64,000 nucleotides of DNA from a virus (lineage: Duplodnaviria > Caudoviricetes). The stretch covers positions 167,065 to 231,064 of IMG/VR virus record IMGVR_UViG_3300028591_000079. The stretch is one strand, 5' to 3'. Under the pieces are notes generated by a model. The model made no database searches. It was given only the letters and a program-made list of their open reading frames with translations, and had not been told where the DNA came from. The position numbers and the translations under genes are program-made. Below are positions 49,013 through 55,206 of the stretch, piece by piece; position 1 is the stretch's first letter; each line of letters begins with the position of its first letter.

Positions 49013-49744
49013 ATGCAAATAGTCAAACCACAAGCAATACCTCTTCAAGAAATAAACGGTGATAAAATCCTATTAAAAATACAAGATGCCGCAAAAACAT
49101 GTTATCAATCTCATAAAGTCACAGATGATATAGAAAGCGCAAAAAGAATAGTAAAGTCTCTAATCAAATCTGGTCATCTTAGTATGTTAGAATTTGGTGG
49201 CACTATTGGAATGAGATATATAACAAACATAGCTGGATATAAGGATTTAAGAACGCATAGATTATCCACGTGGGCAGTTGAATCTACAAGGTGGGCAAAT
49301 TATTCTAAAGGTAAATTTGGTGGTGAATTGACTTTTCTTGATCCAATAGAATTTTCAAAAGACTCTGCTGAATACGCAAAATGGGCCCAGTGTATGAAGA
49401 TGATTGAAGATAGTTATATGGAATTAGCTAAAATGGGGGCAAAACCAGATCAACTAAGTCTTCTTCTACCTCAATCCACCAAAGCTGAAGCAAATGTAAT
49501 AACAAATTTAGTAGAGTGGCGACATATACTTTCTCTTAGATCTTCGATAGCCAAAACAGGACACGCAAGAGCAAGCATAGTAGAATTGATGGATCAGACC
49601 TTAGAATTGTTTCATGAGAAGATTCCAGTTATATTTGATGATTTATATGAACAATTGCAACAAAAAAGATTAGAAAAGAAATATGCAGAAGAACAGAAAA
49701 AACAACTAAAAATACAGTTCGATAATAATGAAAAAATAAAATAA
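49013..49744 (+). CDS. thyX: Flavin-dependent thymidylate synthase
   Basis: AKTCYQS, LIKSGHLSMLEF, THRLSTWAVESTR, LLPQS, NLVEWRHILSLR. Confidence 0.85.
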   Translation: MQIVKPQAIPLQEINGDKILLKIQDAAKTCYQSHKVTDDIESAKRIVKSLIKSGHLSMLEFGGTIGMRYITNIAGYKDLRTHRLSTWAVESTRWANYSKGKFGGELTFLDPIEFSKDSAEYAKWAQCMKMIEDSYMELAKMGAKPDQLSLLLPQSTKAEANVITNLVEWRHILSLRSSIAKTGHARASIVELMDQTLELFHEKIPVIFDDLYEQLQQKRLEKKYAEEQKKQLKIQFDNNEKIK

Positions 49745-49760
49745 AGGAGTATAAAGTAAA

Positions 49761-49880
49761 ATGAGAAAATGTGAAAAAATCTTGTTTAATACGGTAGATA
49801 AAAGAACAAAACATCAAGTCTGTCAAGCTTTTATGGACGAAGAAAGAAAATTACAAATGAAAAATAAAAAAGGAAAGTAA
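49761..49880 (+). CDS. Small hypothetical protein (39 aa)
   Basis: AAGGAG SD; MRKCEKILFNTVDKRTKHQVCQAF... Confidence 0.45.
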   Translation: MRKCEKILFNTVDKRTKHQVCQAFMDEERKLQMKNKKGK

Positions 49881-49881
49881 A

Positions 49882-49938
49882 ATGATTATGCGTTGTGATG
49901 GAAACTGCGGCGGATGTGGTGGCTGCGGTTTGAAATAA
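49882..49938 (+). CDS. Cys/Gly-rich micropeptide MIMRCDGNCGGCGGCGLK
   Basis: AAGGA SD; followed by the terminator at 49946-49982. Confidence 0.55.
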   Translation: MIMRCDGNCGGCGGCGLK

Positions 49939-50018
49939 TAAAATAAAAGCTCTAGTGTTGATAATTTCACTGGGGCTTTTTTCTTGTGTTCTAACTAGTA
50001 TATAAAAGAGGTGTAATA

Positions 50019-50411
50019 ATGAGTCAAAACAACAGCACCCCTAATCGTAGAAAAATCGGATTCAGAACAAGTAGAGATGATGAGCCAGAAATAGAACCCA
50101 TGAAACAATTAAGTACAGCAGAAGAAACAGAAGAAGAGCAAGATGAATCAACTGTTATGCTTAATGATTATATTCCTGGTGCTATTTATGATGGACAAGG
50201 AAATATAGTAACTTATGAATCTTTTAGAGCTGCAGTAAAAAAACTAAAAGCTGAAGCAAAAAATCTAAGAAGAACATCTGCAGCTAAATTTATTCTTTAT
50301 ACCACTCTTGCCGCTTCTATTGCATTATTGAGCTACGGAACATATAAAAAATACCTAAGTCCAGCAGAAAAAGCTAAACAAGAAATTATAAACAACCAAA
50401 GGCAAAGATAA
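50019..50411 (+). CDS. Hypothetical membrane-anchored protein
   Basis: GAGGTG SD; one TM helix near the C-terminus. Confidence 0.6.
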   Translation: MSQNNSTPNRRKIGFRTSRDDEPEIEPMKQLSTAEETEEEQDESTVMLNDYIPGAIYDGQGNIVTYESFRAAVKKLKAEAKNLRRTSAAKFILYTTLAASIALLSYGTYKKYLSPAEKAKQEIINNQRQR

Positions 50412-50656
50412 TGGTGTTCAAAGATGGTTCTACAAAAATACTAGTTGAAATTTATAAAGACTATAATATATATAAGATCACTACAAACGCAAAACAAATA
50501 ATATATAACGCAAATTCTGTCAATCCTAATATACACCAACTTATAACATGCACAGGAGATACTTTAGAACAAATAAAAGCAGAAATAGATAAAGTACACG
50601 CAAGAATAAAACTAATAGGACTCTTTTATGATAGAAATCAGGGACTAAGAAGATAA
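50411..50656 (+). CDS. Hypothetical protein
   Basis: 81-aa ORF coupled to the upstream gene. Confidence 0.55.
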   Translation: MVFKDGSTKILVEIYKDYNIYKITTNAKQIIYNANSVNPNIHQLITCTGDTLEQIKAEIDKVHARIKLIGLFYDRNQGLRR

Positions 50657-50664
50657 ATTAGTTG

Positions 50665-50693
50665 TTGACTTCTGAAAATTTTAGTTCTATAGT
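50665..50693 (+). promoter_or_regulatory. Sigma70 promoter for the leader peptide and tRNA operon (overlaps a GTTCTA motif)
   Basis: TTGACT (50665-50670), 17 bp, TATAGT (50688-50693); predicted +1 is about 50700, the A of ATG. Confidence 0.75.
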
Positions 50694-50699
50694 AATATT

Positions 50700-50762
50700 A
50701 TGATGAAAATGAATAATAACTTTTGGCATCACTTTCCTAAAACCCATGGAGGTGCCTGCTAA
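50700..50762 (+). CDS. Attenuator leader peptide MMKMNNNFWHHFPKTHGGAC
   Basis: Leaderless 20-codon ORF; control codons TTT TGG CAT CAC TTT CCT match the four downstream tRNAs. Confidence 0.8.
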   Translation: MMKMNNNFWHHFPKTHGGAC

Positions 50763-50824
50763 TCATATTTATTTTCATATAAAAGATTCAGCCCTCCAAG
50801 AATAAAATCTGGAGGGTTCTTTTT
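50725..50824 (+). promoter_or_regulatory. Transcription attenuator (protector / antiterminator / terminator)
   Basis: 1:2 GGCATC (50725-30) with GGTGCC (50751-56); 2:3 TGGAGG (50747-52) with CCTCCA (50793-98); 3:4 AGCCCTCCA (50790-98) with TGGAGGGTT (50810-18) followed by CTTTTT. Confidence 0.8.
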
Positions 50825-50826
50825 GT

Positions 50827-50903
50827 GGCGAATATAGCTCAGTTGGTAGAGCATCGGTTTGTGGTGCCGAGTGTCACCAGTTCGAACCTGGTTATTCGCC
50901 CCA
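50827..50903 (+). tRNA. tRNA-His(GTG) with G-1:C73 and encoded CCA
   Basis: Acceptor GCGAATA/TATTCGC, anticodon loop TTGTGGT, T-loop TTCGAAC. Confidence 0.95.
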
Positions 50904-50980
50904 CGGGGTGTAGCTCAGTCTGGTAGAGTGCTTGCTTTGGGAGCAAGATGTCGGAGGTTCGAACCCTCTCACCCCGACCA
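50904..50980 (+). tRNA. tRNA-Pro(TGG)
   Basis: Acceptor CGGGGTG/CACCCCG, anticodon loop TTTGGGA, CCA end; abuts tRNA-His with no spacer. Confidence 0.95.
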
Positions 50981-50986
50981 GTTTTA

Positions 50987-51062
50987 GGCTAGGTAGCTCA
51001 GTTGGTAGAGCAAGGGACTGAAAATCCCTGTGTCAGTGGTTCGATCCCGCTCCTAGCCACCA
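50987..51062 (+). tRNA. tRNA-Phe(GAA)
   Basis: Acceptor GGCTAGG/CCTAGCC, anticodon loop CTGAAAA, CCA end. Confidence 0.95.
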
Positions 51063-51063
51063 T

Positions 51064-51137
51064 ACATCTGTCGTTCAATAGTAGGACTCTGGTCTCCAAA
51101 ACCAGCAATTGGGGTGCAAATCCTCACAGGTGTGCCA
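51064..51137 (+). tRNA. tRNA-Trp(CCA)
   Basis: Acceptor ACATCTG/CAGGTGT, anticodon arm CTGGT-CTCCAAA-ACCAG, T-loop TGCAAAT, G73-CCA. Confidence 0.9.
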
Positions 51138-51224
51138 TTTTTCTCTTTTTTTATCAATCCGATTTAATTTCACATTGTTTTTTTGGGTGTTATAATAAAA
51201 ATGTGTAAAAACAAAAGGAAAACT

Positions 51225-51560
51225 ATGAAAACACATAATATGACACTTAAACAACCATATTTTGATTTAATCAAGTGTGGTAAAAAAACTATTGAATTGA
51301 GGTTGTATGATTCAAAAAGACAACAAATAGTCCCCGGAGATCAAATAACTTTTCAAAATGGAGATAATTTCAATACAGTAAAAGTAAAAGGTTTAGTAAG
51401 AGCTGAAAATTTTGCATCTTTATTTGATTTGATAGATGTACAAGATACAGGTTTAGATACTGTAGAAAATGCTATTAAAATCATGGAACAATTTTATGAC
51501 AAAGATGCTCAAAAGAAATTTGGTGTAGTAGGTATATCAATAGAAAATCAAGAGAACTAA
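51225..51560 (+). CDS. ASCH domain protein
   Basis: HNMTLKQPYFDLIKCGKKTIELRLYDSKRQQI.PGD.I.F; GVVGI. Confidence 0.9.
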   Translation: MKTHNMTLKQPYFDLIKCGKKTIELRLYDSKRQQIVPGDQITFQNGDNFNTVKVKGLVRAENFASLFDLIDVQDTGLDTVENAIKIMEQFYDKDAQKKFGVVGISIENQEN

Positions 51561-51561
51561 T

Positions 51562-52089
51562 ATGATTCAATATAAAAATTCAATGAAATATAACATTTTA
51601 GATGAAAGATTTTATATCCAAGTACGAGATCTAACTAAGACAATAGCTGATTCATACGCAGAACATTTCAACTGGTTAGATAATAAATTCTTTAAAACAT
51701 TACGTGAAAAGAATAATAATACTAGAGGCTATTCATTCGCTGTAGATTATGATAATTTTATTGATTTTCCATATGGTAGTTTGTTTGATACAGTGGGTAC
51801 ATATAAATTAGCAGGTTGTGCATTACTAAAAAATGAACCAGAAGAAAAGAAATTGTGTTGTTTATTTGTAGATCCTAACTATAGAGGACAAAAGATAGCA
51901 AGTAAGTTAATAGAAAATAGCTTTGAATTACTCAATACAACTAAACCACTAATGACCGTATCTCAACAAAATCTATACATGTTACAAAAATTGATAAACA
52001 GATACGGATTTGAATTAACATCTGTAAAAGAATCTGTTTATAAGCCTGGCATAAAAGAATACTACTACAACGAAGGCTTGGCAAGATAA
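51562..52089 (+). CDS. GNAT-family acetyltransferase
   Basis: EKKLCCLFVDPNYRGQKIASKLIE (acetyl-CoA motif), KP.MTV, YGF. Confidence 0.8.
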   Translation: MIQYKNSMKYNILDERFYIQVRDLTKTIADSYAEHFNWLDNKFFKTLREKNNNTRGYSFAVDYDNFIDFPYGSLFDTVGTYKLAGCALLKNEPEEKKLCCLFVDPNYRGQKIASKLIENSFELLNTTKPLMTVSQQNLYMLQKLINRYGFELTSVKESVYKPGIKEYYYNEGLAR

Positions 52090-52132
52090 CATTTGAGTTC
52101 TAAATATAATCTAAAAACAAAAAGGAAACAAA

Positions 52133-52300
52133 ATGAAAGTTGATCAGGAAAAATGTATAGGATGTGGCGCTTGTCAAGGTGGATGTCCTATGATGGCTAT
52201 AAAATTAGAAAATGGGAAAGCTCAAATTGATACTTCTAAATGTATTTCGTGTATGACTTGTGCTTCAATCTGTCCAATGGGCGCAATTTCGGCTGAATAA
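52133..52300 (+). CDS. 2[4Fe-4S] ferredoxin (55 aa, not in the ORF track)
   Basis: [12 protein letters not shown] and [12 protein letters not shown]; AAGGA SD; terminator at 52311-52342. Confidence 0.92.
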   Translation: MKVDQEKCIGCGACQGGCPMMAIKLENGKAQIDTSKCISCMTCASICPMGAISAE

Positions 52301-52389
52301 AGTAAAAATAAAGCTCTAGATACTGTTTCTAGAGCTTTTTTCTTGTTCTAATATACATCTAATCTTGCTTTTTATGGAGATTATTGATT

Positions 52390-53082
52390 ATGAACAAAAA
52401 AGAACGTGAACTGCTGAGAGATATAAAACGTAGATGGGCTGTAAAATGTAAAGAAGGTGAATTATTTTGCTTTTTATGTGGTGAGCAAATCAAAAATATG
52501 GCAGATTGTAACGCAGACCATTGGATCCCTTTATCTTTAGGTGGAAAAACAACAGAAGATAATATAAAACCAGCCCACCAACCATGTAATTCTGCTAAAG
52601 GATGTATGAGTCCAGAAGAATTTTTAGCCCACAAAGACGAAATTCTATCAAAAGTATATAAAAAAGATAAAAAACAGAGAAAATATAAAAAATCCGATAC
52701 AAAAAAGGTAAAATTAGATAAAAGAAAAACTCAAAGACTACAAAAACGTAAAAATGATGTCTTATATACTGCTTCTTACAGTTTAAAACAACCTTATGAC
52801 ATCGGAACTACAATATATTACATAAAAGAAGATCTAACGCAGAAAAAACCTAAATTTGAAATAAAAGAAGGTGTTATAATTGGGTTTACATACAAAAATA
52901 CAGTAGAATATGTGTTAGTTAAGGATTTTTTCATCAACGAACAAGGTAAAATAGACTCTGAACTTCTTGATGTAATACCACTAACTAAACCTCAAGCTAT
53001 TGCAACAAAATTAGAATATGAAAAATTGACAAAACATCTATTCTTACAACTTATCCAACAACAAAAATTATTGGAACATTAA
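52390..53082 (+). CDS. HNH endonuclease
   Basis: CFLCG...DHWIPLSLGG....NIKPAHQPCNSAKG. Confidence 0.85.
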   Translation: MNKKERELLRDIKRRWAVKCKEGELFCFLCGEQIKNMADCNADHWIPLSLGGKTTEDNIKPAHQPCNSAKGCMSPEEFLAHKDEILSKVYKKDKKQRKYKKSDTKKVKLDKRKTQRLQKRKNDVLYTASYSLKQPYDIGTTIYYIKEDLTQKKPKFEIKEGVIIGFTYKNTVEYVLVKDFFINEQGKIDSELLDVIPLTKPQAIATKLEYEKLTKHLFLQLIQQQKLLEH

Positions 53083-53118
53083 ACTTGCATAAAACATTAA
53101 ATTTCGTATAATATGTTT

Positions 53119-53320
53119 TGTAATAAGGGTCGCTTGGAATGTTAAAACCAGCTAACCTAAACGTTGAGACCCTTGCCAAGTTTTGTTTCTCATAAAGTCT
53201 GGATAACTGCCGAGAACAAAAACTCAAAAACTGCTGAGAGTATAACTAATGCAGTATCTTTTCTTTCATTTCATAGCCTTATAGCTCACCAAAAATTATA
53301 TTTAGGTGAGTTATTTTTTT
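53119..53320 (+). ncRNA. Candidate ~200-nt structured RNA between a promoter and a terminator
   Basis: Promoter 53085-53112, three hairpins, terminator 53283-53320. Confidence 0.4.
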
Positions 53321-53343
53321 ATTAGTGGGTTCTTATCCTCGAA
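53296..53343 (+). repeat. 48-bp inverted repeat, copy 1, containing the crossover-like site GTTCTTATCCTCGAA (53329-53343)
   Basis: Exact reverse complement of 63953-64000. Confidence 0.95.
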
Positions 53344-55126
53344 TCAGGGTAGTGAAAATACCGGGAAAATCTTGGGTATCAATTCTGAAGGTGAAGTTGT
53401 ACCTGTAAGTGCTTCAGGCATTGTAACACCAGAAGGTGAAGCTTCAATTTTAGATAATTCACAGCCTAAAAATCTGTTTGGTGAAACTGCTGAACAAATA
53501 GTTGTACCAACTGAAAATATGCTAAATGATGAATCTGAACATTGTGGTTATAGTGCTTCTCAAGCTGTTGTAGGTCCATTCCTTTCAAATTTCAACCAGA
53601 CACCGATTAGAAACAAACAGTTAGCTTCGGTTTCTTGCTGTATAAAAACTTTAAGTACAGTAGATAATACTTATCCGTTTTTTATAATCGATTTAGGTAC
53701 AGACACTTTTCCTTCAACGAAAGAAGCTTTGTCAAGTATAGTACCTGCTTCAAACTGGAAAACCACATATAAAAAATTCTTTGAAGTAACATTAACGAGT
53801 TCTGATTTAGGCCATATGGAAAACTTCAAATTAGATGGTTCAGATTCTAGAGTTACTTATAGAAATCCTGATTATTTAGATAGCGAAGGTTATTTGGTTA
53901 TTCCTACTGGTAATTGGGTAATGCTTGGTGATGACAGATCAGATTACGGTGCATTTGGTTATGATAGAGACTCACAATCTCAAACAGGCTATAGTAAACC
54001 ATTTTATTATAAAAGCAGCTCCGGTAGTTATGGTTCATCCAAGGGGAACTTTGGTGTATCATTTTTTGAAAGAACTTGGGAAACCGAAACAATTACAAAA
54101 CAGAATTTTGATGCATATTTAGTAACAGAAGAATCTGGTGAACAAGTTATTCATTCTGATATTATCGCTACAGCTTTATCTGATATTGAAGATTTGAAAG
54201 AACGTAATCCAAACTCACCACTACAAGGAAAATGGTTATCAATAATTGGTGATAGTATTTCTACTTTTGAAGGTTGGTCTAATATTGCCCCTGGTTCTAC
54301 TTCAGCTGCGGTTTATTATCCAAACTCTGGTGTAGCTTCACCAATTTTAGATGTAAATCAGACGTATTGGAAAAAGTTGATTGACAGAACTGGAATGAAT
54401 CTATTGGTAAACAACTCATGGTCAGGTTCACATTGTGCTGGTTCTAGTACAGGTTCAGTAGTATCTCAGTCAAATGATCGTTGCCATCAGTTACATAAAA
54501 CTATTGATGGAACAGTTGTAAATCCAGATTATATTTTGATCAATATCGGAACTAACGACTTTGACCATGATTATGAAATGGGTACATGGAACGGTAGAGG
54601 TGTTTTATTCCCTGCTAATCCAACTACAACATCACCAAATACTTTCAGAGAAGCTTATGCCGTCATGTTGTATCGGTTAAGACAGTATTATCCACTAGCT
54701 AAAGTTTTCTGCTGTACTATACCTTGCGGAAACAACGAAGGCGGTGAGGGTCTAAATGAAATAAATGGTACTGGTTATACCTTATCCGAGTGGAATGATG
54801 CTATTAGAGAAGTAGCTACTGCATTTGGCGTAAAAGTAATTGAAATGGCAACTGCAGGTATGGATTATTATACTTTAGCAACTCTATACGGTGACGGTAG
54901 AGTTCATCCTTCAGAAGCAGGCATGGAACGTATGTATGAAATCATCAGACCTGCCATGGAAAATGAAACAACTTCTAATACATCAGCACCAAGACTGTCT
55001 AAGTTGATGACTGGTACTGCAACTGCTATATCAGACTCTACGGCTTCTGATGTTTCTGGTTTAGTAACTGATTTCAATGCTTTACTTGCAGCCTTGAGAG
55101 CAAGAGGCGTTATCTCAGCTTCATAA
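53306..55126 (+). CDS. Fibre/receptor-binding cassette A with an SGNH esterase domain (probably lacks its own start)
   Basis: GDSIST, NNSWSGS, IGTND, DGRVHP; C-terminal fibre-type motif DVSGLVTDFNALLAALRARG; the GTG start lies inside a terminator stem. Confidence 0.75.
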   Translation: MSYFFISGFLSSNQGSENTGKILGINSEGEVVPVSASGIVTPEGEASILDNSQPKNLFGETAEQIVVPTENMLNDESEHCGYSASQAVVGPFLSNFNQTPIRNKQLASVSCCIKTLSTVDNTYPFFIIDLGTDTFPSTKEALSSIVPASNWKTTYKKFFEVTLTSSDLGHMENFKLDGSDSRVTYRNPDYLDSEGYLVIPTGNWVMLGDDRSDYGAFGYDRDSQSQTGYSKPFYYKSSSGSYGSSKGNFGVSFFERTWETETITKQNFDAYLVTEESGEQVIHSDIIATALSDIEDLKERNPNSPLQGKWLSIIGDSISTFEGWSNIAPGSTSAAVYYPNSGVASPILDVNQTYWKKLIDRTGMNLLVNNSWSGSHCAGSSTGSVVSQSNDRCHQLHKTIDGTVVNPDYILINIGTNDFDHDYEMGTWNGRGVLFPANPTTTSPNTFREAYAVMLYRLRQYYPLAKVFCCTIPCGNNEGGEGLNEINGTGYTLSEWNDAIREVATAFGVKVIEMATAGMDYYTLATLYGDGRVHPSEAGMERMYEIIRPAMENETTSNTSAPRLSKLMTGTATAISDSTASDVSGLVTDFNALLAALRARGVISAS

Positions 55127-55146
55127 AAACTTAACAAATAAAAATT

Positions 55147-55176
55147 ACCTCCCAGTTTTATTTCTGGGAGGTTTTT
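55147..55176. terminator. Bidirectional terminator between cassettes A and B
   Basis: ACCTCCCAG...CTGGGAGGT followed by TTTT. Confidence 0.75.
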
Positions 55177-55206
55177 GTATCTATAAATATTTTATGATAC
55201 TTTTTA

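Noticed and set aside
51002-51208. 68-aa ORF MVEQGTENPCVSGSIP...
   Set aside because: Shadow translation of tRNA-Phe and tRNA-Trp.
53201-53217. GGATAA...GAAC in the candidate RNA as a guide complementary to the crossover site (bridge-RNA idea)
   Set aside because: Only 6+4 interrupted bases, expected by chance, and no IS110-like recombinase in the window.
53200-53325. tmRNA-like resume context (ATAACT GCC GAG AAC)
   Set aside because: No tRNA-Ala-like acceptor or T-arm, and the frame does not end in an ...AA-type tag.
53306-53328. Shared N-terminus MSYFFISG of cassettes A and C as a real signal or leader
   Set aside because: The GTG lies in the 3' arm of an intrinsic terminator and the codons are its T run; more likely non-coding flank of the crossover site.
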